NCBI GenBank assembly: GCA_028534125.1
Contig: CM052817.1
Location: forward strand, 39,496,001-39,560,000
Length of the DNA stretch: 64,000 bases
From: Lama glama
Lineage: Eukaryota
Direction: 5' to 3'
Below are positions 1-12,829 of this stretch, piece after piece. Made by a program: the position numbers and the translations under genes. The notes beneath the pieces are model-generated. The model was not told where the DNA came from. It did no database searches and saw only the letters and a list, made by a program, of their open reading frames with translations. Position 1 is the stretch's first letter, and every line of letters starts with the position of its first letter.

Positions 1-495
1 TTGACATATCAAATGGATAGCAAGAAATCTATCTAAGACTAACAGAATCATGCCAAAAAGACTCGGAAACTAATTTATGAGTCCCCCACTGGCCAAAGGT
101 GAAACAATTTAAACTCCAATAGGGATAAGCCATGCAATGGATTAAAAATTATCAAATATATTTAAATTATGTTTGGAATCCTTGAATTCCTAACAGCCAG
201 TTTATCTTGAATACGGAGTAAACATAAAAGACAGCATTATCACCAGATAACCAAATGACATATAAGGAGAATCATCTTAAAAAATGTTTCTGGTTAGTAA
301 AAAAAAAAAAGAAAATGACAGAATTAGATAGAATGATAAAATTAGAGTAACACCGTTTTACAACTGAATAAATCTAAGTATTGAGCGTCAACAGCTGCTA
401 ACATCACAAAGGAACAAAAATTAGATTTGATATATCTTCTGGTGAAATAACACAATGCCAGGGAGATTGTACTCGAGCTCTACAAATGTTAAATA
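1..495 (+). mobile_element. Old LINE-1 3' region fragment (L1MC/L1MD-like), truncated by the window start
   Basis: A-rich sequence with motifs recalled from old L1 3' ends (ctggccaaaggtgaaacaattt, atgcaatggattaaaa). No ORF; boundaries approximate. Confidence 0.55.
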
Positions 496-496
496 A

Positions 497-546
497 ATGG
501 ATGGATGGATGGATGGATGGATGGATGGATGGATGGATAGGTGAGT

Positions 547-593
<47 letters not shown>
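497..593. repeat. Compound microsatellite: (ATGG)10 followed by (AT)22
   Basis: Read directly: ATGG array 497-536 and AT array 549-593. It explains ORFs 404..661 and 421..603. Confidence 0.97.
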
Positions 594-594
<1 letters not shown>

Positions 595-2779
595 CAAGAC
601 CATGTAATAGGAATTCTAAAGTGACTTTAAGCTTTAACACTGTGTAATTCTCTTTTAGCATTGATTGATTACCAGGGCCTTTGATGAAGTGAGTATCTCT
701 GAGGACTTACATAAATTAATGTGGAGAAAAGTTCTCCCTCCCCTGAGGAACTGGGGTGTTTTCTCCTTATGGACAGTGCAGCTGATAGACCGCCCCTCTG
801 GCCTTATCTTTGTGTAATGACAAGTTTATTCTTTTTCGTGTGTGTGTCTAACTTGTGCTATTGTGGCTTCCTTCTTGGCTTCATGAGCATAAAAATCCTC
901 TGAGGATAAAAAACAAAGGATCAGAAAGGAGGCAAAGGTAAACCTGAGCCTGACTGAATGCACAGATGCAGTGTTAATCTTCATACTGCAAAGAAATGAA
1001 GTTTGAGAGGAAAATGCAGAGAATGGGAGATAGCAGCTGGTTTATACTTACATGCACTTCCTGCACTAGTCACTAGTCTTAGCTTCTCCCTACTGACTTA
1101 TCCAAACGCAGTGGTGCGTAAATATTCTCCCATGAGAAACAGTACCAGTTTTATGTAACTAGTTTCATTCAAAGGACCCATAATTACTGTCTGTAGAAGC
1201 CTATTATGCTTAGAAGGAATCATGCTATTTAGACCAAAATATTTCTATATACATATATATATAAAATAACATTTTGATCTGGATAAAGGCCAGATTTTCT
1301 TCAATAAGAAATCATACTATTCCCTCTGCTTCATGGAAACTACAGTTTAAAGTCTTTCTTCTACTGAGCTGTTGTATATCACATGAACCTTACAATCTGT
1401 CTAGCATTTTCGTCATTTCCTTATTTTTCTGGCCTTTTCTTCATACTTTTTAAAAATCTCCTTGCATTGGCCTCCTGAGCCAGTTGGAGTAATATTATGA
1501 AGCAAATGGCCAGACATAATGACTTTCCAAGGTCCTTGTGCCTCCTTATTAGCATTCAGTTAGCATAAGTCCTGACTTTATTATTGACTACATTGAATAC
1601 ACAAGACACTGACCTCTGCCATCTGCGACTAAATCTCTTCCTGCAGATCTATCAGAATGGTTTCATATATGGAGGAAGCAAGAGAAAACAAAGCAGCAGC
1701 CACTTATCTTTTCTGTCCCTAGAAACTTTAACACACTCACATCTGCAATCCAAAAAAGAAAAGACAGCCCCCTTTGCATTAATTACCGTAAAATCTGGAG
1801 TGAGGATTGGAGCATAACCAAGAAGAAAAATTCAAGATGGCAATCCCAGACTCATCTTCCTAAACTAAGGTAAGACCGCTGAAAAAACAGAACCAGATAT
1901 ATCTGCCCACCACAAAGCAAGATGACCAGCACACATAGTTTATTACAGAGCTTTAAAATGAAGTGATAGGACCCAAGGAATGCATTGATTGAGTGATAAT
2001 GACTTTACCCTCTGTGAATATGGGGAAATTTGCCAGTATAAGATAGCCTTACATTCCCAGTTATTCCCATACACAGTCATACTCACAGAAGGGCTGATGA
2101 CGCATTCTGAGGGAAATATACCATGGAAATTATGCACTCTGGCCTTGAAGCTTTGGTGAGTGCAGAAAGGGAGGCCAGCAGACAACTGTGATATGATACA
2201 CTGAGCTTTGTTCTGAAGACCCGGGCTTGAGTCTGGATTCTGCCGCAAACTTTGTGATGAAAAGTGACTCCAACTCCCTTAATCTCCTTCTTTTTTTTTA
2301 TTTGACAAATAGTAGGATTTTAGATGATCTCACGCCAACATGAGCCATTTATGCAGAAATTTATCACCATTCCTTTCTTTTCTTGCCCCTACTAAATTGG
2401 ATTATGCCTTTCTGGCATTACAGAAGCATATTGTCCCATATATCTCTGCTACCAGAGGTGAAATGATCTGGTCACATGTCAATTTTAAGAGGTGGCAAAA
2501 AAGAAAACCATACCAATGTAGGCTGTTTAAAAGATGAGTTTTTCTCCTAGCATATTTAATTGAATTTTAATGACGAAGAAGACGGAAAGAAGGGCAAATG
2601 CAGAAGCTTGAATGAGAAGCCATGGTTTGACCTAAATGTAGTATAAACTAACATCAACCATCCATTATTCTCAGGAAGACTGAGGCTTCTCTGCTTCCCT
2701 GAAGCACTTCCTTCTCCTCATTCCTTTATCAATCTACTTGACAAGAGAACAAATACAGCTCAGATCTTTAGAGTATGTT

Positions 2780-3010
2780 GGAGTTTGTAAAGCTCTTTCA
2801 AATATGTTATCACATTTAGCTGCTAACACAATGCTTTGACTTCATTTAGGTCTGTATGTCTGTATGCATGTATTATTGTTACGACTTGCAGATAAGAAAA
2901 CTAAATTAGAGGAAGGTTAGATTCCTAAATTGTTTATATATCTAGGAAAACACTGAGCTGAGATCCCAAACCAGGTTTTCAGACTGTAAGTTCCCAATGT
3001 CTTTTCCATG
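2780..3010 (-). mobile_element. MIR SINE
   Basis: Antisense MIR core (cagataagaaaactaaattagaggaaggttag...cccaaaccagg). Confidence 0.7.
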
Positions 3011-3384
3011 GCATGCCACCAACTACCCCAACCTCAGTACACAATAGGAACCTCAGCTTAAGAAAAAGAATTTTATCTCCTTCCTTGATTCATGCCAAAT
3101 AAATCCAAAACATGAGGGAGAGGTTAATGATTCCAGAAGTAACTTTTGCGTGCTCCAGTACAATACCAAAAGAGAGTCAATGGAAGACAAATAAGCTGTA
3201 AAATAGGAGAAAATATAAGAAGGTTGCAGTGGTTTTAACCGGATATATGTAAGATAGAGCTGTGAAAATGTCATAAATTATATTCTATATGGAAATGTAC
3301 TACATGGAAAATGTTCATCAACTATATTCCGTTAAAACTTAAGAAGAAACAAGAATCGAGATTAGATGTAAACATAATTTTAAC

Positions 3385-4110
3385 AACTTTTTATTATAAA
3401 ATTAATGCATGTTTACTCTTTTAAAGTTTAAAAACACAAATTAACAAAAAGAATAAAATTACAAGCTGCTATTATCTCTTCATCCCCAAATAACCACGAT
3501 TATATTGGTAGAGATCCTATCTGGCTGTGTTTTCTATGCATAAAAATGTATTCTTTTTCTGTACTCTACATATAATTTCATAAGCTTTCTTTTTTCCCAG
3601 CAATTTAATGTGAACACTTGTTCACATTATTGAATATTCTGCAACAATATTAAAAAGGCTACAAAGTATCCCATTTACAGTAATATGCTAAAATTTAGTT
3701 AGCCAATTCCATAGTTACATCATCTCCCATTTTTGATACTTACAGATAATGTTTCAATAACACCCTTGTAAACATATTTTTGCACCTTTTGATAACTGGG
3801 CTGTAGGGGTGCACCCTAGGGGAAATTTCTAAAAACAGAACCAATTAGTAAATAGGTATGCAATTATGAGCTTTTTTTACCCACTGCCAAATTGCCCTCC
3901 AGAAAGCTGAAACCAAGTTACACCCACTTGCAACGTGGGCTCACACCACTCCCTCTCCAGCACCAGCTATTATACTATCTACTAATCTGTGATACATGAT
4001 GTATAATACTTCACTGGGGTTTTAATTTGCATTTATCTCTTAGTGTGACATTTTCCCCACATGTTCATTGAACATTTATATATCTTCTTTTATGAATTAT
4101 TAATTTATAT
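3385..4110 (-). mobile_element. Old LINE-1 3' fragment (L1ME-like)
   Basis: Antisense L1 motifs (ctgccaaattgccctccagaaag, ttttaatttgcatttatctct, tatatcttcttttatgaatt). Confidence 0.75.
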
Positions 4111-4899
4111 CTAAGAAAGAAATTTTTGACAGTGATGTACTACAGGAAGTATAAGAATGCTTTTCTCTGGAGTTCTTTAATATAATCATCTAAACCAGTT
4201 CTAGTAAAAACCCTTCTTGAAAACAGGGAGGACTGAACTAGATGAATTCATAAGAGCCCTACCAATCCTAAATTTCATTCACTCATTTATTCATTTAATC
4301 CTCTCCTGAATCCTTACTTTGTATAACATTTTATAAATTTGTATAGAGCTTTCTCATGCAATATTTTATCTGATCTTCACGGTAACACTATGAAAGGCAT
4401 TACTGACCCAGGTCTGTAAATGTCTTCAAGAGGCACAGAAATTCCTTCAACCGAATAAATAATTTTTGTATCTGAGCACAAGGACATTTGTTCATTGGAG
4501 AACATCCTGTAGCTTTCATCAGAATCTTAAAGGCTGAGAATCGATGCCTTGTGAGAAAGAGAAGGAAGTTCTTCCCAGCTCTGTTTCACAAGTAAGAAAA
4601 AAGACCCCCTCCTTAAAGTTAACTGCCTTGTCTAAGGCTCAAGGCCAATCAGTGGTGAGAATGAGGATTAGCCCTGGTAGTTCCGAGTTCAGCGCAATTC
4701 CCACTGTCACTCAAGTGGAAAGAAGAAGTGTAGAAGCGTAGCACGTCATCCTTGCCTCAGGAGCATAATGGCCATCAGAGGAGCCAAGACTTAGGCATGC
4801 AAAGCTAAACAAGGTAAGTAAAGAATATCACTTTCCAATAGATTTCCTAAGACCTTGTGCTACACAATAAATGACTTGAATTTCAGAAATTATCTGAAA

Positions 4900-5745
4900 A
4901 GTTCAAAGTAGCCTTCAGAGAAAAGATCTGGACTGAGATCTACTAAGAAGAACGGGAGAAAGAGAATTCACGAAGAGGAGAGAGAGAGAAATTTAAGAAT
5001 ATTGGGCCTCGCGTAGAAATGTGCACATTCCAGAGATACTCGATAGACCACTGAGACTTTGGGAAAGAATTTCTACGTACACACATTGTGCTGAGCATTG
5101 GAACCACTCAGTGTAGGTTTGTACCCTGGGAAGAGCTATTTAACTTACCTAGGTTGCAGTTCAGTCACCAGGAAAATAAGGATAATAGTATTTAGCTTGA
5201 AGGGAAAATTTAACAAAATTGCCCGCCAAGCATATAACACAGCACTTCTCACAAAGCAGAGTCTCTATGAATTACTCACCCACCCCCAAGAAAAATATAC
5301 ATTTGAAAAGACAGGTTGAGACAAGATTTTAGAGAACACTGAATGCAAGGCTAAGAGTTTCGGGAAATCCTTTAGGATCTGTTGCTCTGAATAGCAGTGA
5401 TATGATAAAAACAATGTTTAACAACGATAAATTTCACATTTGGGGGTATGATCAATTAAAAATTAAAAATTAGAAAGAAATGGAGTTGAGAAGAATAGCC
5501 AAGAGATTATTTATATATTCCACACCTAAGAAGTGGTAATGTCTGGTCTTGATGCTAGCAGAGCAACTCGAAAGAAAGGTACAAATAAAAAGAGACATTT
5601 TAAAGGATTTGATTAGCAATGAAAGAAAAAGGAGAAAAAAGATAGCTGTGAATGACAATACTTAGGGATGTCAAAAATAAGAGCTAATTAGGAGAGGTGA
5701 ACATTGTTGTCTTTTAAACAAATTGAGTTTGAAATGACAATAGAA
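4900..5745 (-). mobile_element. L2 LINE remnant interrupted by a MIR (about 5080-5270)
   Basis: Degenerate antisense L2 motifs (gaatgcaaggctaagagttt, attgagtttgaaatg) flanking a sense MIR core. Confidence 0.55.
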
Positions 5746-5749
5746 TGTC

Positions 5750-6360
5750 CTATCTGCCGGGTTTCAGCCAAAAACCACTCAAGTTAATTTAAGCAGAAAA
5801 AGATTTGAAACAGGGAATTAAATACTTAAGAACAACTGAGAGCACTAGAAGAGAGGCTGGCCCTCCAGAAATAACTGCTAGAGGACTACGGCTGAGCGGG
5901 TCTGCCAGGGATGCGGTTAACTCTGCCAGTGTCAGGACGATAGGTGTTTAGGAGGCGCCTGGTAAGGTGATTCTTCATGTCAGGATCCCACCACTGTAAC
6001 TGTGGTCCAGAATCACGAAGCTGGTGCTGTTACTGCTGCCGCTCTCCATAGCCACAAAGTGAGTTAGTGGGCCCGATCCAGCGCTGCAGAGAAGCCCAGC
6101 ACGTGTCCATGGCGTGCTGGGGAGCAGCGCAATGCGAAAGCAGCTGGACCACGCGTTTCCGCCTTCCCAGTCTCACAGACACACAGCTAGTAGGCAGAAC
6201 CTGTTTTGAACCCAGGGGCCTAGCTACAGGGGAGTCTGGGGGATGTAGTATTTTGTTTTGTTTTTAATTTTTTTTCGGTTTTCCAGACTCTGCACTTTAT
6301 GAAGGCCCAAGAGAAGGCAGTTGGAATGGAGACACTGCCAAACTACCACATCCACCAACA
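5750..6360 (-). mobile_element. Ancient solo LTR (LTR78/LTR79-like)
   Basis: The motif ctagctacaggggagtctgggggatgtagt...ttccagactctgca...gttggaatgga matches the recalled family. A related copy lies at 55560-56590. Confidence 0.6.
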
Positions 6361-6739
6361 TGCCTCTGTGTAAATATTCAGTAGGTATTTGGAGAAGCAT
6401 GGCCAAAGCTCACACGAGAGATAGCAGCTAAAGATAAGGGTATCGGAGTAAATAGGAGAAAGATGATAGTTGACCTAATTTTGTTTAAATATTTATAGAA
6501 AGGAAAGACAAAGCCTGAAAGACTTACAACTGAAGTTTGCAACTACTTGTACACCAATCATTGGGTCTATGACACAATGAATACCTCTAGGTGTCCATCA
6601 GGGCAGGACCAAAAAGGTGAGGGCCAGGAGCACCCAACCATTGTCCATAGACAACTGACATACAGTGTGATTTCAAGAGCACTGGAGTGACCCTAATAGC
6701 TAACTCCCCAACATCCCTTCCACCCTACGTGATTAATCT

Positions 6740-7145
6740 AAGCCAGTTAAGCCAGTATGGTTCCCCTTGCAAGTAATTGGCTTAATAATGCACCGAACAG
6801 TGGATTCTGACCAGTATCACTGGCAGTGGCACGGCTTGGCAGTGGCAGGGGAACGTTTTCTCGCTCAGAGAGAGAAAGAGACAAAAAGAGAATGAGATGC
6901 TCCCATGCTTTTTGTGGGCATTGGCCTTTTTGAATGTGACCCCTGGAACAGACACTGCGATCCTGCCTGAGAATGAGGCCAATAAATGGCAGAGGGTGGA
7001 GCCAAGAGAGTCACATAGAAAAAAACCTGGCACCCTCAAGAACTACTACACCTGGGCCTCTATTCCCCCACGCCATTCTTTGTTAAATTGGGCAATTTGA
7101 GCAGAGTTTTCTGTTACTCACAGCCAAAGACATTATCACTGATTC
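6740..7145 (+). mobile_element. MaLR LTR (old MLT1)
   Basis: Typical MLT1 3' end: tttgagcagagttttctgttactcacagccaaagacattatcactgat. Confidence 0.65.
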
Positions 7146-8616
7146 CAGCACCATGTTCCCCATGACACTGTCCATTAGATTTTCGATCTTTCCTGCCTGT
7201 AATTTTCTCTACAAATAATAATCAATATATTTTAGTAGTCTAAAAAAGTATATGTATGGAATGCCATTTGAAGACTGTATTTATCTTTCAAGATTATTTT
7301 ATTCAATTCAATTATTCAATTCAATTGAATCGAAAGGCTCAGAAATCAGAAGGCATTTATTCTTCAAGATTCAACTGGATTCTAATTTGAGCTTAAATTA
7401 GGTTTGCCTTGGGGTCTCTGACATGTGTGGAAACATGTGGTGAACTGATGGGAGTGCGTGCCTTCAGGCATTCATCTGAATGAGCTTATTTTTAGGTAAA
7501 AATTGAGGAAAGAGTCTCCATTTCAGAGGAAGGGAGAGAGCATGCCTGTCCTGACTCAGCCCCATGAATCTCTAACGCCCCCACTGGAAGAAGTCAGAAT
7601 GAGTTAAAAAGCCAAAGGAGCTGTTTCTTCTAGGGACTCTTTGAGATAGGCCACAAGCAACCCGAATTGGTACCTTGGTGAGGAAGCATGACTAACAGCA
7701 GCTGAAAGACACCACTCTCCCTGCTCCTCTATGGCTAAACACAGCTTTGGCACATTGAGGGCTCCGAAGAGCAAAGTCACCCGGCATCTGTCGGTGCTTG
7801 GCCCCTTGGGGAATACTGAACAACCAGGGCGTCGGGAGCACTCTTAGCCACGACACTGCGACTGAAGCTCACACAGAACACTGGCTGTAATGGCTGCACA
7901 CAGACGGCACACAAATAATTTCAAGGTCAAAGTCTTGGAAAGTGAGGCCAGAACAAGAGAGGCAGAACTCAGCAGATGTTGTGTGGACAATACAGTTCAC
8001 CAGATTGTGTGTGAAGACATGTGAGACTGACCTGGTGCTTCCAGTAACCTGGTTCTGCTGTGATCAGGAGGAATCCAACAAGTCAACCAGGGGTTATTAC
8101 CATTAAGGTGGCGCCCTTAGGGGGAACTCAGGCTGCATTTTGTATTCTAGGCTTTATCCCTGGATAAAATCTTCATCAAGAAGGTAGGAAGAACGCTAGA
8201 CACATTCCGGCCCTGAACAGAACTGGGATTCTGACCTCATGCTCACAGCCTCGGATACGGCATACTGTAAACATCTGGAAACCCACCATCGCTTCCATCG
8301 TAAGGATCTTATTGAGAACAAGATTGGTGTGTTTCCCATTAGATTCATGTAAGAAATTTGCTTCAGCCCTTATTACCAAGAAAGCTCTATCCTTCCTGAA
8401 GAGTGTGTGTTTTCTTCTTCAAAGGCAATGAGGATTTGCTGCCCACTCCTGTTTCTCTCCCTCCTTTGCCCAGCCTCAGGCTAACTTTCCCCTGAGGGTT
8501 CTCATCCTACTTGCTCTCTATTTTCCCTTGTTCTGAGCCCGCCCCATGCTCGTTGTGTATAGAAGGCTAGTGAACAACTGCCTTTAAGAAGTGAGGTGTG
8601 GGGGCAGGGTGAAGGG

Positions 8617-8790
8617 TAAGAAAGACAGAAGGGCCACAAGAAGGGAGGAAGGTTGGCTGGGAGAGCAGAGAGAGAAAAAAAGAGGATGGAAGAAAGGGGA
8701 AAGAGGAGAGAAGGCAAGAAGGGAAGAGAGGAGGGAGGAAGAGAGGAAGTAAAAGAAGAAAGCGGAAGGCACAAAGCAAAGGCGCAAAAC
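8617..8790 (+). repeat. GA-rich polypurine low-complexity tract
   Basis: Read directly. It generates four overlapping low-complexity ORFs between 8502 and 8929. Confidence 0.9.
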
Positions 8791-9013
8791 GAGATGGAGA
8801 CTGACTGTGGAAGAGCGCCTCACAGTTGGTACCTAGCGCCTGCACAGGTGCTCCCTCGCTGGCTCCACTTAGAAGACGGTGAAATTCAATGATCAGGGAG
8901 CTAGCTACTAAGAAATTTTCCAAAATCAAGCACTAGTAATAACTGTTAGAGAGAGGACATAAAACTCCCTCCTGGTTTCGAATTGAGTTGTCTTCCACGT
9001 GTACCGTACAAGG

Positions 9014-9410
9014 TGATAAGAAACACACACACAAGGACGTTGTCTCCCCAGGGCCCCTCATCTATGATGATTGGTGCCAAAGGTACAGAGGGGTCCTACG
9101 TCCTCGCCCGCTAGCAGGCTAGACTATTCGCCCAGTCCAGTTATCAGAGGAGTGAGTTATGACTCAGCACCCAGAGAGCGCAGCACTGCCAGGATATAAC
9201 CGGGGGCAGGGAACAAGCCAGCAGAGCTGGAAAACCCTGGAGGGTAACCTGAAGACTTGACAGGGGAGGGCAGGTGAAAGAAAGTCCCCAGATTATTTAT
9301 CTCTTATGACACATTAGTGGCCTGACTCAGCTAAATTTAGAAGGCTTTTTAGTAGAAAACAAGTAAGATTTAACTATCAAATCAGCTGAGTTTCCTAGTC
9401 AAACTGATAA
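9014..9410. promoter_or_regulatory. Candidate enhancer with NF-E2/ARE-AP-1, GATA and E-box motifs
   Basis: ATGACTCAGCA 9159-9169, TGACTCAGC 9323-9331, WGATAA at 9014, 9141(-), 9297(-) and 9405, CAGCTG 9383-9388. Local CpG is raised and no repeat was recognised. Motif evidence only. Confidence 0.4.
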
Positions 9411-10091
9411 ACACCAATCTCAATTTGATGATTTTTTTTTACCTTTTACAATTTATTATTTTTAACAAGTATATATATACATACACATACGTACATGAGT
9501 ATATGTATGTGTATGTATATATATATACACATGTATTCAGCAAAAGAGATCCATTATCCTTTAGAAAATTCTGCAAGATACATAAACAATCTCTACTACA
9601 TTACATAGCGTTGTGTTTGTTATCATGGTGAAACACAGAAAAATCAGTCTTTGTTTTTCCTGGAGTTTAAAAATCTAGCTGACTCATAAAGATAAATACA
9701 GAGGATAAATGAACTCTCTAAAGTTACTCATCAAAACACTTCCCTTATTCACGATCGGGGGCTATCTTTAGAAAGTTAAGGTGTGATGATGGCTCACTTA
9801 CTACCTGGAATTGCAATTCAGGGCCACAATCCTTTGCTTCAAATACTACAGATGTTGCAAAAAGACAGCCTTGCCGGCTCACCTTAGGGGAGAAACATGT
9901 GAAAATATCCACCCCAATTTTATGGACTAGTGCAAATGATGAGCAAAATACGATCTGGACAGTTTGTTGTACTAATTTTCAAAGTACCAGGCTCTGCATA
10001 TTTGGAATTAAACAGGGTAAAAGAAGATGAAACACTGCAACTTAGGTAAGAGGAATGTTTGGAGAACTTTATTAAACTCATCCTGTAACCT

Positions 10092-10160
10092 AAAACAACA
10101 ACAACAACAACAACAAAACAAAACCCACAAAAACACACAAAAACAAAAACAAAACGAAAA
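10092..10160. repeat. (AAC)n and (AAAAC)n A-rich microsatellite
   Basis: Read directly. It is the source of the poly-Q, poly-V and poly-L spurious ORFs. Confidence 0.9.
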
Positions 10161-12829
10161 AACAGCAGACAAAAGGACAGTCACCAGGCTGATGGCAAGT
10201 CAGCACTAAAGCACAAGTGAAGGCTGCAGGCCTTATTGTTGACAGGGCTCTGTGTGGATTGACGGCATCCACTGCCATGAGCTGCATCATTGCTATCTCA
10301 CCTTACGTGAGCCTGAAAAGGATCGCAGGGACTGCAGGGGAGGCATGGAACTACTTAGGCAAATGTCAACAATAAAATTCTAGGTCTATCTTATTTGTTT
10401 GTTTTTTATCTCTACCAAGGTTACATGAATAAAAGAGTCCATATTAAATGTCATGGGTGAAGAAGTAAAATTTTGAGCCACCTTGCAAAACAAAGCCAAG
10501 GAAATTAGCAGACAAGAGAAATGTTTGCAGTCAGAATGAAAATTACAGTTGCCAATAGTGCAAATAGATACAGAAAGCTAATAAATCCCAAGTGACAACC
10601 AACTGATAAAACCTTAAGAACTCTAAATGAATAGAAACCTTAAAGCCTGTTTAAAAAAAAGGGGGGGATGACTTCATTGGATAAATCAGATAACTATGTA
10701 TTTCATCCCAGAAGAAGAAATAAAAGAAATTCTGATTTCTTAATCTTAATTTTGGATTGTGATATGTATTCACCTTGGACTTGAGAGCAAAAGAAGAGCT
10801 GATTCTAAAATAAACGTTGCTGCTACATGTCGGTGGCCCCAAGGAAATGTTGTGAGTTAGGAACCGAGATGGGAAACCCAGATTTAATGTCCTTGGGGAA
10901 AACTAATGAGTGAGTTAACTGGTGAGTTACCTCAGGAGATGAGAAACTGAAAATTCAACTCAAAATATAAAAAGAATACATTGATGCTTTGTTCCCAAGT
11001 TTTAAGAAAGTCGTTGCTCCTCTGGAAAGCAGTAAGTGCAAATGCACAGAATTCTTAAGAAACAACTAAATTTATACCTATGAATTTTATCTTCCTTCAT
11101 ATTTTAGCTGTAGTAAGTTTACATCCTCTTCCCAATCCGTGATTCTTGCTTTCCATGCCCCATTTTTAACTTAAGAATTTATGTTGAACGAGACAAAAAA
11201 AAAGGCAAATTAAAAATCCTTTACAAATCTCTATTAACTATCTTAGAGGGGGGAGCTTGTATTTCATTGACTGTAGTTTATGCAAATGGGACCAGAGGAA
11301 TTAACATATTGGAAGGAGCTGACATTTGTCCTGATATATTGAATCGTTAGCGTGACAGAATCACTTAAGCTGGATTCACTAACATCAGGTTTCCTCTCAT
11401 TATTGACCCCTACAGAGTAGGCTCTGACAAGTGGAACTGCTGCAAAGTTCATTAATAATGTGGAATAAATCAATTGTTCAGGAAATACTGAAAACAGATG
11501 ACACTGAACTCGTACATTTTGCAAGTTCAGCACAAATACATCCCCACCAAGGACACAGAATCTCCTCGTGTCCTTTTCTGACCTACCCATGGTCTTCAAC
11601 CTCTCCTGACCTCAAGCACCCCATGGATGTACAGCTCCTCAGCCCCCTGGGGACACAGTAGACCAATGGTCATTCAAAAAGAAATAGCTTCAGGCCTGAA
11701 AAGAAAGAACACAGAGGCTTTTAAAAGACTTACAAACGTAAAGTGAGTGATGGCCGTGACACAGGGTGTGTGCTTGAGCTTTTTTCCACATTTATGGTTC
11801 AGATTTCAAATGTACTGTTTGTATTTCTCTGGACCGTAAACAACAAGACTGTAGCTCGTGTGGGTTAAAGGGTATTATCAAGAACAGGAAAAGGTCAAGA
11901 ACAGAACCTGGTTCATTTTTTAAGATGCAGGGTCACCTTCTTCCAGGATGTGAAGAATCTCTTACTGTAGATGTTATGCCCTGTGGCTACAGGCAACAAC
12001 ATGCTTTTGAAGAAGCACCTCTGTTTGTAGCACTAGCATCACCTCAACACTCTTCAAATTGTAATCGCTTAAATACCTCTGTCACCTAGAAGTTTTAATT
12101 TATATATTGCTGTACTCTCAAAACCTTTAGCAGTGTGTGTTTCTACGTTATACAATATAATCAGCTTGTGTTAGTCTATGCTTTGAGGCAGAAATAATGT
12201 GGATAAAGGAAATCCACCGAGAATCCAAAAATAATCTGGTTTTAGCCAATAGATTCAACTTCTCACCCACCAAGCCTCAAATTGAAGCTCCTTTCCTTGA
12301 TTGATTTTTCCCCTCCTCAGAATGCTTAATAGAAATGCTAATGAGCAGTGTAACAACCAAAAGGAGGGTAGAATGAGGAAAAGGAAGCGAATCAACAGAA
12401 GAGAATAATCTACAGAGTAGGAAACTGGCCATAATCTACTGAAAATGAGTTACCCAGATTCTTACATTAGTGAATCATACTTTATTCCTTTCTTTTTTTC
12501 TTTATCAGATGGTATATATATTTTTAAATGTGAGTTCCAATATTATAGACATTACACACAAGATTCCTTGAGAGAAAAATGAACGTGAAAACATTTCCAT
12601 TAAACCTTTTTTTTTTTTTTGGTGGGGGAGGTAGTGGACAATGTTTATATGAAACCTAAATTACCTTGGCATTTAGGTGGTATCTCCTACCCCTCTGGTT
12701 TCATTTCTTTTAATTTTTTTTAATTAGGTTATCTATAAAGATTTCATGTGCCTCAGAACGTCTTTGAAACAATGAACAGAAGTCCCAGAGCACATAAAAC
12801 TGAGGCTCCCTCTGTGAGTGTGGCCTTCC

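Noticed and set aside
8502..8929. Four overlapping ORFs of 79-120 aa
   Set aside because: They arise from a stop-poor GA/CT low-complexity tract, and the peptides are compositionally biased.
9163..9183. REST/NRSE-like site (ctcagcacccagagagcgcag)
   Set aside because: The spacing is one base short and the right half lacks the GG of GGACAG. The overlapping NF-E2/ARE motif explains the left half.
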